From Nemertoderma westbladi (taxonomy: Eukaryota > Animalia > Xenacoelomorpha), in NCBI GenBank assembly GCA_032718475.1, contig JAUCBJ010008896.1, forward strand, positions 1-64,000: a stretch of DNA of 64,000 nt, given 5' to 3'. This document shows positions 26,314 to 38,500 of the stretch, in pieces; position 1 is the stretch's first letter; the number at the start of each line of letters is the position of its first letter. A program made the position numbers and the translations under genes. The notes beneath the pieces are model-generated. The model worked only from the letters and a program-made list of their open reading frames with translations. It ran no database searches and had not been told where the DNA came from.

Positions 26314-29300
26314 ATGAGTGTCTCAGACAAAGAGGCACTAGAGGACAGCTATGAGACGGCGGCTGGACCGCCGACTGACGATAGCGTAAATATTACTGTT
26401 GATGACAATGCCGACTATGACGACGCAGCGAGCGACGCTGACGTAAGTGAACAGGAGGACGAGACAGTGACTAGTGAGGAAGAACAGCAGCCTCAGGTAA
26501 TAGTATTAGGACCCCCTACCGCTACTGATAGGAAGGACTGTACGGCAGCCCGGACAGAGGTGAGTGATAGGGAGGGTAGTGTAGTAGAAGCGAGAGCCCG
26601 GAGCCCGGTTTCCAGACCTGTGGGTATGGTAAGTGCCGTGGTCCCGACGGCTGTTAGGAGTACCCGTAGTTCCCGAAATAATCCTTCAAGTCCACCGAGC
26701 GTAAGTCAGGTGAGCGAGAGAGAACTTGATATCGCGATAAAGAAGAAACTTCGCGCGCATGCCGGACATATAACTCGGACGGCGGACAAGGTAAGGAAGA
26801 TGTTAGCTGACCCAGCGAACATCGGGAGGGTAGAGTTAGTAGAGATTAGAAGAGGATATAACTCAGCGTTATTCAAGCAGACGGAGGAGCTTGCAGTCCT
26901 AGCGAAGAAGGCAGTAGAGTCTCAGTCGAGCGATGTAGCAACGAGGATTTACGACAGGGTTTTAGCAGCCTTGTTAGAGCACCGCGAGTTATCGGAGCGA
27001 TTCCGACGAGTTAGGACGGAGAACTGGCTGCTATGGGCATCACAAACGCAGGCGACTCAGGTGAGTGACGCAGAGTTAAGAGACTTAGTGGAGCGGGAAG
27101 AGATCCAAGATAAGGAAGAGCGCCGTTATCAGAGGGAAGTTACTAGCTGGCTGATGCAGAATGGAGTGGTGGTACCAGGCCAGGTGCTACCGACGACGGA
27201 GAACATTCAACAGAGGACGTTGACTCCACCCGACGACGCATCTAGAGACAGCGGCGATTCCCAGGTTAGTCACGCGCGAGGTAAGGTAATATGTGCTAGA
27301 TCCCTTGTTTCTCACAACTCGGCGGAGGAGAGAAGACGCCGACTAGACGAACAGCAGGCGGAAGTTTTGCGTGCACAGGAAGCACGGAAGGAAGCCGAGC
27401 GGGAACGGGAGCGCACACGTAAGTTGGACGCAGAGTTACGAGAGTTGGAAGAGATAAGTAAGCGCGAGCGAGCGGAACGCGAGCAAAGGGAACGTGAACT
27501 CCAAGCCGAGCGCGAGCGCGAGGAACTCGAATGCGAACAGAGAGAACGCGAACTCCAACTCGAATGCGAACGGGAAGCGAAGAAACGCGAACTCCAACTT
27601 GAATGCGAACGGGAAGCGAAGAAACGCGAACTCCAACTCGAACGCGAACAGGAAGCGAAGAAACGCGAACTCCAAGCCGAACGCGAGCGCAAGAAACTCG
27701 ATCGTGAACAGAAGGAGCGCGAGCTTCAACTCGAACGCGGACGCAAGGAACGCGAACTCGAGATCGAGAAAAGAAGACGCCCATTGTATGAAGAAAAGGC
27801 GCGAGTGGAAGAAGAGAGCGCAGCGAGACGAGCGAGGGAAGAAGAAGAGCGTAAACTGGCGCAGTTGGAAAGTGCGAGATTAAGTTTAGAGAGCGAAGAA
27901 CGGACTAGGAAGGCGAACGAAATCGCCGAGAAGGGGATGCGAATGCTCGAAGAATGTGGGGCGAGTGTGGGGACAGAGTTGCGAGAACTGTTCGCACTGC
28001 AGAAGGCCGAACAGGAAGCGAGAACTCCGACTATACGCGAGTCAACGACGACCAGAATTCCTATACCCGGTCCAGCTATTACGAGTACACGGATCGCTAA
28101 ACCGTTCTCTACATATCGCACGCCAGTTGGTATTAGTGCTTCACCCATCGCCCAGGATCTACATCATCGGAACGCCGCACCACTGTATACCGAACGTGAC
28201 AACGGAGAATTTAGAGAAGAAACTCCGACGGGCCGAGTATTTGGCGAACCGAACCCGCGGGTTTGGAATACGCGGACGGAGCGCCGACCCAGTTCGACGG
28301 AGAACTTCCGGGTTAAACCGGAAGAGGGATCATATGAGAGACAGTGGATTACTCAGATAGAGCCGACTATACAACAGAACCCTAGCCAGGAATTTATTAC
28401 GAGGGATGAGTTAAGTGCTAGTTTAGCGCAAGCTATATCGCCGCACATCCAACCTATAACGGACATGCTTAGCAACCTACGGTTAAAGGAAGCAGCCCAG
28501 GTAAGAAGTAATTCTAATCCTAGCAGGCCTGAGTTAGATAAAGTCCAGCCTAGTCAACGAGTACGCATATCGGAGGAGACTATACCACATAGACCTCAGG
28601 TAAGGACGCCTGTCCCGAATATCCATAATCCCAATTTCGAAAATTCGGCAGAAAGATTTATTGAGGAAGCTTGGGTCAGGGCCTCGGCGCGCAAACCATC
28701 GCGAGCGCTAAGGACTGACACTGAGTCAAGTGATGAAGAGGAAGACATGAGACGTCAGAAGTCCCGAAACTATAAGGAAAGAAGGACGGACGCGGAGCAG
28801 GTAAGTTGGAACCACCGGGAAAGGACCAGACTTAACAACCCTGCGGAACTAAACCATTTGTTAACCCGGAACGACGCAACCCTTAGGGACATAGGTAAGT
28901 TTGCTGCTAGGCAAGGACTGCCGACGCAGCAACCCCAGAAGTTTATGGGTAACCATAAACATTGGAGGACCTTCAAAACCTATGTCGACGAGCAGCTAAC
29001 CAACAGCACCTTTACTCCCAACGAAAAGTTCAACTATTTGCTTCAGATGCTCCATCGAGAACCTAGAGCCATTGCTGATAATTTCGTCGGTAATGAAAGA
29101 GCATTTGAGTTAGCGATGAAGACGCTTAGTGACATCTACGGGAATAAAACCAAGATGGCGCAGTCGATAGTAGAAGACTTGGGTAAGGGCGGAAGGATTA
29201 CAACTCCGTTAGAGCTGTTGAACTTAGCGAACGCTATTTCGAACGCATTGGACATCTTGAGGACGGTGAATCTACCTCATCATGGTGATCACGCCGAAGT

Positions 29301-32300
29301 TTTGAAAAGCGTAATAAGACGTTTAAACATGCGTTACAGACAGAAATGGCGCAAATTAGAGAATAAGTTGGAGGGCCAAGGTAAGGTGTTGACACTTCAG
29401 CATATTCATGACATGATAGCCACAGACGCAGTAGCAGAGATTAAATCAAACTTCTCAGAAGAGAATATGAGGGAGTCTAAACCTGTTACCGGTAAGTCTA
29501 TGGTAAGTTTTGACGATGACAGGACCACTGTGACATTTAACTCAGTAGACAGATATAATTCGAATACCCCAGCCTTTAGATCAGACTCGCGAGTATGGTC
29601 AGGTGAGCGGTTAGATAGACCTAGGTTAAAGCAACAGGAGTTGCCGGATGGATTTGTAGGTTGCCAATACTGTTTACTAAAGGAGGTAAGATCTGACGAC
29701 CATAAGTTAGATAGTTGCAGACAGTTCAAAGAATTAAATTCGGAACAGAGAAGAGTTCAAGTGCGGACGTTGGACACCTGTTGGGCATGTCTTGCGCCAG
29801 GTCATGTACGGCGGCAGTGCCCGAACAGCAAGGACGGATGCATGGAATGCGGCAGACTACATCACAAGTTGCTACATGCGGATTTCCACACCCCAACGGA
29901 CCGTTACTTACAGCGAAATCCTCAAAGGAAGGGGAGCAAAGAACCCGTATCGATAAGGAGGAATACGTACACTGGCATCCAGGACGATGGTTACCAACCA
30001 GGTTCGTCGGACGAGGATGGCGAGTCGAGCGCGAGAGAAGTGACCTGCCAAGGTTTCACCGCGGATAGTTCATCGACCAGCGCGCGGACGTATTTATCAT
30101 CGGCCACGTCGGAAATATTTAGCGTGATTCCGGTGAAACTCACTGGCGATAAGGGATCGAAGCGAATATATGTGATGTTGGACACTGCGTCCACATTATC
30201 TTATATCGACGAGGAAGTGGCGAGAGCCGTTTCTAGCTTCCAGGACGCCGAGGAGATCCAAATAGAGTTGAAGTCTATGCATGGGGTAGGAGACCTCAAG
30301 GGACACAGAATTTCGGTGGAACTAGATTCCCTACTTCCGAGAGACCAACACACTCGACAAGAACGGAAAGCTTTGCCATTGGACGGATTTAAGTGTCTAG
30401 CTATGAAGGGATTCGGCAGGCAGTTAGGTAAGGTGCCGCCGATGAGTCCCATAGCACAGGAGTATTTTGACAAGCTCAGGATACCCAGACACCAGGTAGG
30501 TTATAGGAATGTTTCTATGTTGATTGGTGCAGAACAGCTGATCGCACACCAGATATGGGAAACGAGACCAGCTGAGCCGCATGTCAATGGACCACATGCC
30601 CATAGGACTATACTAGGTTGGTATACACGAGTACCCATGTCTTATGAGTTTACAGGTGGCGACAAGCCAATGAATAGATACGACGAATTACAGCCTATAG
30701 CTGAACCACCGTTAGTAGAACCACCAGACATAGACGAGTTTAGGAGAACCTGTATTGACCACTATAGTGACTTTAGCGAGTCGGACGAGGAGTTGATTCC
30801 CGATAATGTTAGGTTGTCGGAACCACTTCATAACGACCGGACAGATAGTGAACCCGAGGACTACTGTTATCAGACCCGTGGGTCTGGTTCAGCGGCCCAC
30901 GCTACTTATCTGACTAACGTTTTGACTTATACAGACATAGTGGAGGGTCAAGTGGCTAAATATCGAGACCTAGACATTTTCCAATACAGTGAGGAGGAAT
31001 TACAGAAGGAATTGATACGCCAGGACCTCGAGACAGGAGCCAGAACCGTCGAATGGCTGGATAGGGACGCAATGGAACCCGGTGGATATGACCTAGCCAT
31101 GTCTACTGATGAGAAACGGTCGCTGGAGATGATGGAAGACACCATACGTCTGCTACCGACTGGACATTTTGAAGTTGGAATGTTGTGGCGTCGACAACCA
31201 CCTAAGTTGGAGAACAACTACAGCTTAGCCTTGAAAAGATTAAACGGAGTAAGGGCTCGGTTGTTGAAGAATCCGGACATTAGGGAGAAGTATTGCGCCC
31301 AGATCAACAACTATTTCGCCAAGGGATATGCTGGGAAGGTAGAGGACCCTGACTTAGTGACAGACCAGACTTATTACCTTCCACACCACTATGTGACTCA
31401 CCCTGACAAGCCAGACAAAGTCCGAGTAGTCAACGACTGCGCAGCAGTCTATAGAGGTATGTCCCTGAATTCAGAGTTGATGGATGGTCCCAACCTGAAT
31501 AACTATTTGATTGGAATACTGTTGCGTTTTAGACAGCGGCGATTCGCATTTACTTGTGACATCGAGGCGATGTTCCACCAGGTAAGAGCCTGTAAGGCAG
31601 ACCAGGATAGCCTTCGATTTCTCTGGTTTGAGAATGAAGACTTATCCGGCCCAGTGGTTACATACCAAATGTACGTTAGGATATTTGGCGCCCGCGATAG
31701 TCCGAACGGCACGCTGTTTGTTCTAAAGAAAACGGCAACAGCCCAGATTGGTAAGTATCCAGTAGAAGTAATCGAGTCTATATTGAGAAACTTCTATATG
31801 GACGACGGATTGGTGTCCAAGGACACAGCGGAACAAGCCATAGAAGTGGCTCACGGCCTGCAAGAGTGCTTGGCTACAGGGGGATTTCCTCTGACCAAGT
31901 TCACTACGAACTCGGAGGCCCTATTAGAGTCGTTCCCGGTAAAAGATTGCGGGAGCGGAGACATAGAATTGGGGGTAGAACCAATCCCCATGGCGCGAGT
32001 ACTGGGACTCGCTTGGAATCCGAACTCGGATAAGTTCCAGGTAAGAGTTAGATTTGAGCCCAGTAGCCCAGACAAAGTTTTGACAAAGAGAATTTGCTTA
32101 TCGACATTAAGTAGACTATTTGACCCGATGAACTTTATCAGTCCGGTTATATTACAGGCACGAGCGTGCATGAGGAAAATTTGGTTGTCCGACTTAGAGT
32201 GGGACGAACCAATATCTCCTATACATGCAAAGCAGTGGAGGGAGTGGGAAGCCGAGTTGCATCTGTTGAAAAATATAGATGTACCCCGTTCCTACTTTCC

Positions 32301-34791
32301 GAATCAGCTGGTATTTCCAACTGATTTAGAGCTACACCTGTTCAGTGACGCAAGTGACACCGGCTTTGGTATGGTAGCCTACCTTCGCCGAGAGGTAAGT
32401 CAGGACAAATTTGAGACGGCCTTTGTGACTTCTAGATCAAAGACAATGCCGGTCAAATATATGACTGTCCCTCGTGCAGAGTTACAGGCGGCTGTAGTTT
32501 CGGTCGAGGTAAGTAAGCAGATAACTGAGGAATTAGATACGACATTGACCTTATTCTATTGGACGGACGCATCCTTGGTGTTAGTATACATTGCGGCCGA
32601 CAATATTGCACTAAAGACATTTGTGGCCAATAGACGCGCTCAGATCGTTGACTTTTCGACGAAGGAACAATGGAGACATTGTCCGGGAGTGTTGAACCCG
32701 GCCGACATAACTTCGAGAGGTGCAATGCCGGCGGAATTCTGTCAGGAAGAGTCTCAGGAGTTTTGGTTGCATGGACCTGATTTTCTAACAAGGACACAGG
32801 AACATTGGCCAGAGCGACTAAAGATAGTGACCAATCCGATGCCTGAAGATGCAGAAGTCAAAGTGGAGAAAGTCTCTAAGTTGAAGTCTAAAGCCAAACT
32901 TAAGTCATTGAAGCGGCCTGAAGAGTCATTGGAGCGGCCTGAAGAGTCATTGGAGCGGCCTGAAGAGTTATTGGAGCGGCCCGGAGACCTGTCAGACCAA
33001 CAGACTTACGTGACTACTAGGTCAGGAAGGGTAAGTTACGACGTAAAACCACCCTTACAGACTAGACGAGAGTCACAGTTGGTAAGTGACGGACAGAAAA
33101 TGACCGACACAATGGATCCTTTGGTTTCCAAACCTGCGGGTTTGGATTCGAAACTTCCATTGGTTAACGGACAACCGTCGCTGGCATTAGAGTCATGCAG
33201 TATTTATGACAAATTACTAAATTCGTCTGCCTCTTGGCTGACAATTTGTAAAAGAACTGCGTGGTTAAGCCGATACGTTTCGTACCTTTGTTTAAAACAT
33301 TCGGAACATTTAGGAGAACGAACGAGCACCAATAGTGAGCGAATTCGGAAATTGAAACAACCTCTGACGGAGGATGAGATTGATCAAGCGGAATTAAAGC
33401 ATTTGAAACATTATCAAATGTGTGCCTTCCCAAAAGAATTCCATCTATTATCGGCTCAACGACCAGTTCTCTATAAACCCCTTAGAAAATGGAGTCCATT
33501 AATCCATAAGGGTTTAATTTGTCATAGATCGAGAATCCAGACTGTCGACATAAACTCACAGTTTCGGTTCCCAGTGATAATCCCTAGTCACCCAATAGAA
33601 TTGCAAAGAGCGATTTTATGGGATATACACAAGAGGTTGCATCACGCGGGAAGGTTACACTGTCTGTCGGCAGCGAGACAGCGATTCATTCTATTGCAGC
33701 CAAGCAGGGCAGTCGGCACTATGTATGACGCCTGTCTGGTTTGCAAGAGAGTGAACGCCAGAGTATTGGAACAGGAGATGGCTGAACTCCCGGAAGCGAG
33801 AGTGCAGGCATATGACCCACCCTTTACGAACACAGGGGTGGACTGTTTTGGTCCGATTGAAGCAAAGAGTGGACGGCTGACCCACAAGCGATGGGGTCTG
33901 CTATTGACATGTATGGCGAGTAGAGCCATACACATCGAGCGTGTGGCAGACATGTCGACTAAATCTCTGCTCCTGGCCTTAAAGAGATTTATGGCCAGGA
34001 GAGGACTAGTAAAGGCGTTCTACTCTGACAAGGGTACAAACTTTGTCGGAGGGAATAGCGAGTTGAACGCGGCTCATAAAGCAGCACAGAATAAGGAAAT
34101 TTCTGCAGCACTTTTGCCGCAAAGAGTTGAGTGGAGATTCAATACTCCAGAAAGTCCTTGGAGAGGAGGAAGTTGGGAGCGTTTAGTTCGCTCTGTAAAG
34201 CAGGCCATTGCTAAGACGTTGCCTGTAAATAAACAACTTACCGACGAAGAATTGGTTACAGCTTTCATTGAAATCGAGCATACACTAAACTCGAGGCCGA
34301 TAGCCATGTTGCCAGACGGTGTTGCATTAACGCCGAATCATTTGCTAATGCAGAGTCCAGCATTTCTTGTGCCGGCATCAGAACCCATTAGTGCCGACCT
34401 ATATAGTCGTAAAAGCTGGAAAGTAACACAGTTTGTGGCGTACACATTCTGGGAATATTGGCGGAAATACTATCTTCCCACCATATCCACCAGAACAAAG
34501 TGGTACAAAACGGTTCGGAGTCTCCAAAGGGGAGATTACGTATTGATAACCGAGCCGATTATCAAGAGAAAGTATTGGGAGACGGGAGTGATCTTGCACA
34601 CACACCCAGACGTGCAAAACATAGTGCGCACAGTCACTGTGAAAATTAGGTGCAAGTGTCCGCACCCAAAAAAGTGTAAAACTAATGGTTTACACACCTT
34701 GGACCGACCGGTCCAAGATATTGTGTTATTAGAGGAGACACGTATCGAGACGGGAGATTATAATTTGTCTCCTGCCTCAAAACTGAATTAG
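26314..34791 (+). CDS. BEL/Pao gag-pol polyprotein (2825 aa)
   Basis: Gag core KFMGNHKHWRTF..EKFNYL, triple Cys/His cluster ending CMECGRLHHKLLH, protease LDTAS, RT (YYLPHH, DIEAMFHQV, FYMDD), Pao-type RNase H LHLFSDAS..VPRAELQAA..NPAD..SRG, and integrase VDCFGP, SDKGTNF, GGSWERLVRSVK. Confidence 0.97.
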   Translation: MSVSDKEALEDSYETAAGPPTDDSVNITVDDNADYDDAASDADVSEQEDETVTSEEEQQPQVIVLGPPTATDRKDCTAARTEVSDREGSVVEARARSPVSRPVGMVSAVVPTAVRSTRSSRNNPSSPPSVSQVSERELDIAIKKKLRAHAGHITRTADKVRKMLADPANIGRVELVEIRRGYNSALFKQTEELAVLAKKAVESQSSDVATRIYDRVLAALLEHRELSERFRRVRTENWLLWASQTQATQVSDAELRDLVEREEIQDKEERRYQREVTSWLMQNGVVVPGQVLPTTENIQQRTLTPPDDASRDSGDSQVSHARGKVICARSLVSHNSAEERRRRLDEQQAEVLRAQEARKEAERERERTRKLDAELRELEEISKRERAEREQRERELQAEREREELECEQRERELQLECEREAKKRELQLECEREAKKRELQLEREQEAKKRELQAERERKKLDREQKERELQLERGRKERELEIEKRRRPLYEEKARVEEESAARRAREEEERKLAQLESARLSLESEERTRKANEIAEKGMRMLEECGASVGTELRELFALQKAEQEARTPTIRESTTTRIPIPGPAITSTRIAKPFSTYRTPVGISASPIAQDLHHRNAAPLYTERDNGEFREETPTGRVFGEPNPRVWNTRTERRPSSTENFRVKPEEGSYERQWITQIEPTIQQNPSQEFITRDELSASLAQAISPHIQPITDMLSNLRLKEAAQVRSNSNPSRPELDKVQPSQRVRISEETIPHRPQVRTPVPNIHNPNFENSAERFIEEAWVRASARKPSRALRTDTESSDEEEDMRRQKSRNYKERRTDAEQVSWNHRERTRLNNPAELNHLLTRNDATLRDIGKFAARQGLPTQQPQKFMGNHKHWRTFKTYVDEQLTNSTFTPNEKFNYLLQMLHREPRAIADNFVGNERAFELAMKTLSDIYGNKTKMAQSIVEDLGKGGRITTPLELLNLANAISNALDILRTVNLPHHGDHAEVLKSVIRRLNMRYRQKWRKLENKLEGQGKVLTLQHIHDMIATDAVAEIKSNFSEENMRESKPVTGKSMVSFDDDRTTVTFNSVDRYNSNTPAFRSDSRVWSGERLDRPRLKQQELPDGFVGCQYCLLKEVRSDDHKLDSCRQFKELNSEQRRVQVRTLDTCWACLAPGHVRRQCPNSKDGCMECGRLHHKLLHADFHTPTDRYLQRNPQRKGSKEPVSIRRNTYTGIQDDGYQPGSSDEDGESSAREVTCQGFTADSSSTSARTYLSSATSEIFSVIPVKLTGDKGSKRIYVMLDTASTLSYIDEEVARAVSSFQDAEEIQIELKSMHGVGDLKGHRISVELDSLLPRDQHTRQERKALPLDGFKCLAMKGFGRQLGKVPPMSPIAQEYFDKLRIPRHQVGYRNVSMLIGAEQLIAHQIWETRPAEPHVNGPHAHRTILGWYTRVPMSYEFTGGDKPMNRYDELQPIAEPPLVEPPDIDEFRRTCIDHYSDFSESDEELIPDNVRLSEPLHNDRTDSEPEDYCYQTRGSGSAAHATYLTNVLTYTDIVEGQVAKYRDLDIFQYSEEELQKELIRQDLETGARTVEWLDRDAMEPGGYDLAMSTDEKRSLEMMEDTIRLLPTGHFEVGMLWRRQPPKLENNYSLALKRLNGVRARLLKNPDIREKYCAQINNYFAKGYAGKVEDPDLVTDQTYYLPHHYVTHPDKPDKVRVVNDCAAVYRGMSLNSELMDGPNLNNYLIGILLRFRQRRFAFTCDIEAMFHQVRACKADQDSLRFLWFENEDLSGPVVTYQMYVRIFGARDSPNGTLFVLKKTATAQIGKYPVEVIESILRNFYMDDGLVSKDTAEQAIEVAHGLQECLATGGFPLTKFTTNSEALLESFPVKDCGSGDIELGVEPIPMARVLGLAWNPNSDKFQVRVRFEPSSPDKVLTKRICLSTLSRLFDPMNFISPVILQARACMRKIWLSDLEWDEPISPIHAKQWREWEAELHLLKNIDVPRSYFPNQLVFPTDLELHLFSDASDTGFGMVAYLRREVSQDKFETAFVTSRSKTMPVKYMTVPRAELQAAVVSVEVSKQITEELDTTLTLFYWTDASLVLVYIAADNIALKTFVANRRAQIVDFSTKEQWRHCPGVLNPADITSRGAMPAEFCQEESQEFWLHGPDFLTRTQEHWPERLKIVTNPMPEDAEVKVEKVSKLKSKAKLKSLKRPEESLERPEESLERPEELLERPGDLSDQQTYVTTRSGRVSYDVKPPLQTRRESQLVSDGQKMTDTMDPLVSKPAGLDSKLPLVNGQPSLALESCSIYDKLLNSSASWLTICKRTAWLSRYVSYLCLKHSEHLGERTSTNSERIRKLKQPLTEDEIDQAELKHLKHYQMCAFPKEFHLLSAQRPVLYKPLRKWSPLIHKGLICHRSRIQTVDINSQFRFPVIIPSHPIELQRAILWDIHKRLHHAGRLHCLSAARQRFILLQPSRAVGTMYDACLVCKRVNARVLEQEMAELPEARVQAYDPPFTNTGVDCFGPIEAKSGRLTHKRWGLLLTCMASRAIHIERVADMSTKSLLLALKRFMARRGLVKAFYSDKGTNFVGGNSELNAAHKAAQNKEISAALLPQRVEWRFNTPESPWRGGSWERLVRSVKQAIAKTLPVNKQLTDEELVTAFIEIEHTLNSRPIAMLPDGVALTPNHLLMQSPAFLVPASEPISADLYSRKSWKVTQFVAYTFWEYWRKYYLPTISTRTKWYKTVRSLQRGDYVLITEPIIKRKYWETGVILHTHPDVQNIVRTVTVKIRCKCPHPKKCKTNGLHTLDRPVQDIVLLEETRIETGDYNLSPASKLN

Positions 34792-35560
34792 TGTTGGACG
34801 CAACTCACTTCGTATGCATTCCTCGTATGCAAATACAAGGAAATGCATAGGAGCGGGGTTGTGGTGATTTGCGTTGAGTTTTGTCTGGTGGGTATCAAAA
34901 CAAAATTTTATTTTCAAAAATTTTGGAAAATTTAAAATTTTAAAAATTAGAAGTGAACCCAAGACAATTCCAGACGCTGTGTATAGACGCGTTTTAGAAT
35001 TCGTCTATAGATAAACAGTAATTTGAAAAGTCGTGAAGCCTGGAAAATAGCATTTAGAAACCATGGTGACGGCTATATTACGTAGGAGTATAAATTGAGT
35101 TTAGCAACTTCCACAGATTGGTGCCAACAGTACAACTAAGGTGCTAAAGGTTAGTAGCACCAGAGGCGTACATGGACCCCACTCAGTAGTTTGCAGGATG
35201 TGTGATGTTCGATTATCAAACCTGTGGGTTTGGTATAGTCGAGTATTGTGGCTATGGTCCTTTCTAACTACTGTAGTTTAGTACGAGTAATGGGAGTAGT
35301 TTGGGCATCAAAAAGTGAGTTGGTCACGGCCAGTTTATCTCCAAAGTTTTTGCGCTATGCATGGGAATAGGTTAGAGGATAGTTAGTTAGGAAGAGACGG
35401 GATCTAGAGAGTCGAACCTGAACTGCTGGAAGGCGGGGGGGGGGGGGGAGGGGTTCGGGAGGTCTGTCCTTCGGCGACATCTAACTGATTTACCCACAGT
35501 GTAGTTGGTTACGTAACGGCACTTATTGGGATATATATATATGTATATACGCGTAACATA

Positions 35561-38500
35561 ATGGAGAGGGATATTAGAGCGCAACCGCGCAGAGGATTTA
35601 CTGCCAGAGAGGAGGCGGAGCTACCATTCGCGCGACCAGGATGTAAAGACTCTAACGTTTACTACCATGGGCGGTCCGTGATGGAGCTGAACGGGAAGTA
35701 CAAACCAAGTTATGATAAAGAATTACGGAGAGAAAGAATGAGAGCGTTGGGGGACCGGATGGAAGTCTTGCGGAGAGAGTATCGCACGCGGTATCCCTAC
35801 GACTTTGCTTTGGACGTGTGCGACATTAGCGCAGATCCGGACGAGGAAATCGCACGACTATACCATATGAATATGTATTTACGACATGAGGAGCCTCTAC
35901 CTGCAGTCCGAGACCAGTTCGACGGAATGCACCTGTATCGGAGGACTCGAGGCGAGGATCAGGAGACGCCGAAAGTCTTCAGCGTATACAAGCTCTTCTA
36001 CAAGTGTGGTGAATGCATGAATAAACAGGACGTGGCAATTCCCGACCGATTAGACGAGCAACATCCGGAACCGATATTAACGCGATGTCCAGCTCACCAA
36101 TTCCTTAGATACAACGAGGGAGGTTACCCGATGAGCAACCCGATGATCAGTATCGACTTCAGCGGAAAGCGACCTCCGAGACCCATTACGCCGACCGTTA
36201 CGACATTAGATCCGTATACGGAGATTAAACCCTGTTCGACACCCAGTTTGATAGAGACGGCAGCGGCCATTTCGCTGTACCGAGCCTACAAGGATCTAGA
36301 GGCGCGGCGCGAAGCGGCGCGGGACTCGGGTACCAAACCCGTGGGTTTGGAGCTCTCGAGTCCCTGGACTGCGTTTACTTCACCTCACCGAGTGAGAAGC
36401 CTCACGCCTGAGCATCAGGACGACATAGACGCGTTGCGGCAGGAGGAGCGAGCGGCGAAGGCGAAAGAGTTATTTGAGAACAGGATAGCGGAGTATAATA
36501 AGACCGCGGATAGACATCAAGAGGAGACGAGGAGAGTGACCGGATTTGTTCCACAGGTCGTATCTCAACCCGGACCGGTGTATTATTCCGACGGCACCGA
36601 ACCTGCGATATTAGTAGATCATCCGGAGTCGCGAGAAGCGATACGATTCTTGCCGATGGTAAGAATGGCGGACCATTGGAACGTTGACTGTCTACGGGAA
36701 GTTTTATGCGCGAAGTTCTTGCGTGATGTCCCAATGCAGATCACAGATTACGACACTTTGGACAAGATTGGAGCTCCGGGGAAGGAGAGTAAGTTATTCG
36801 GATGGTTGGATAAGTACATCAAGGTATGGGTCGCGGTGGCTACATTCCCAGATGACGAGGAAGTAGACCAGACGTGGCTGAGGGGGAAGGATCCTAGGGA
36901 ACAGATTTTGGAGGTATGCAGGCGAGGAGGTATGCACGGAGCGGAGCGTATCGACGCCAGGATGTTACCAAAGAAGGTTAGAGAGGCTATTCTCAACCAA
37001 GATTACGTCAAGGTGGGATCGGGAGTCCAGAGCGATTTGGAGAGCGACTTCAACGCCATGACTGATCTGGAAGATAGATTGCCGAGACCGTTTGTCGACA
37101 CCAAGCTATTGTTGCTATGGGCACAGGATATTGGAATTTATAGGGAGTATCCCAACTCTGCCAAGACTGGTATGGGCTTTATAGCACACTTGTTGTATAA
37201 TTGGGACTTTAAGTTAAAGACGCAGAAGAAGTACGAGGAGGCGTATGGCGAATACAACACGCCACCGGGAGCGGAGTTCAAATCCCACTTCAAGCGGCAA
37301 GCGTTAGTGTATTGGAACATTTGCGCGCCACCCCGTGCGTCGCTACAATATTATTTGGTGCTTGAGTCGAACACGGTGACTTGTTTATTAGCGGATATCG
37401 TTGCGCGAGTTTTGAAGCGTCATCCATTGGTATTCGGAGGAGATCAATACGTTCGCTCGAAAGGGGGAATCCAATCCGACGTGATGAAGCGTTTCTTAAC
37501 CCCGTTCTTCAACCAATCGTTAGAGAATACGTCGATGGTGAGGAGAGGATTAGCGATATTCGAAGGAGTATATCGACAGAACATCGGAGATTTGGGAGAC
37601 CGACCGTCGATGGAATATCCGACGCCAGAAGCTTTGGAGAAGTGGTTCGGGAATCAAACCCGCGGGTTTGGTACTCCCTTCCACTCGGAGGCTGATAGAC
37701 CTGTTAAGGAGGGCTGGCCGGAAACGTTAGTAGAGGTGTTCGGAGTAGATCTTCCGGTGGAGAAGACATATCCGAAACGAACGCGGGAGGAAATATTGGA
37801 GATAGAGGACAAGGGCGAGGATGTTTACTTTGTTCCGGATCGACAACCGTTGACCGGAGAGGACGACATCGTATTAGACATTGGGAAGGAAGGAAGTGCG
37901 AAACCGATTGGAGACCTCATATACGAGAGGGCCTGGTTTGCACAAGCGCGCAGGTGCAAATTGTGCGGCAGCACAAGGCACAATCTAAAGTCGTGCGACG
38001 CGGTAATAGAGGCGGCGCATAAGGTCTGTCGTTGGTGCAATGAGACCGACCATTCGTTTCACACGTGCACCGTCTTCATTTCTCAATGTGGATATTGTGG
38101 AGTAAAAGGACACCGTAGCGCGAGATGTCAGCTGCGAGATGATTCCTTTCAAAACCATAGCGCTAACCTACTTCGGGAGATGTTAGATAAGTGGGAGAGT
38201 GTGGCGGATTACCATATTCAAGCGCAGATGCGTTGGTTACCATTTAAAGCGGGATATGGGTTTTGGGCAGTAGACCCATCGCATGTTGCGTACGAGCCAT
38301 ATCTACAATCGCTACCACAATATCAGGAGCTCATCCTAACTGCTCAAGACCTTCCACAGAACACTGGAGTTATCGTAGTCCGAGAATACTTCAGACAATT
38401 GAACATGGACAATAAGTACACATGGAACTTCGTTGCTATTTGCGATCGCATCACGAAGGGTGTATTTACGGAGACTAGAAAAGTGGTACGCGCGCGAGGT

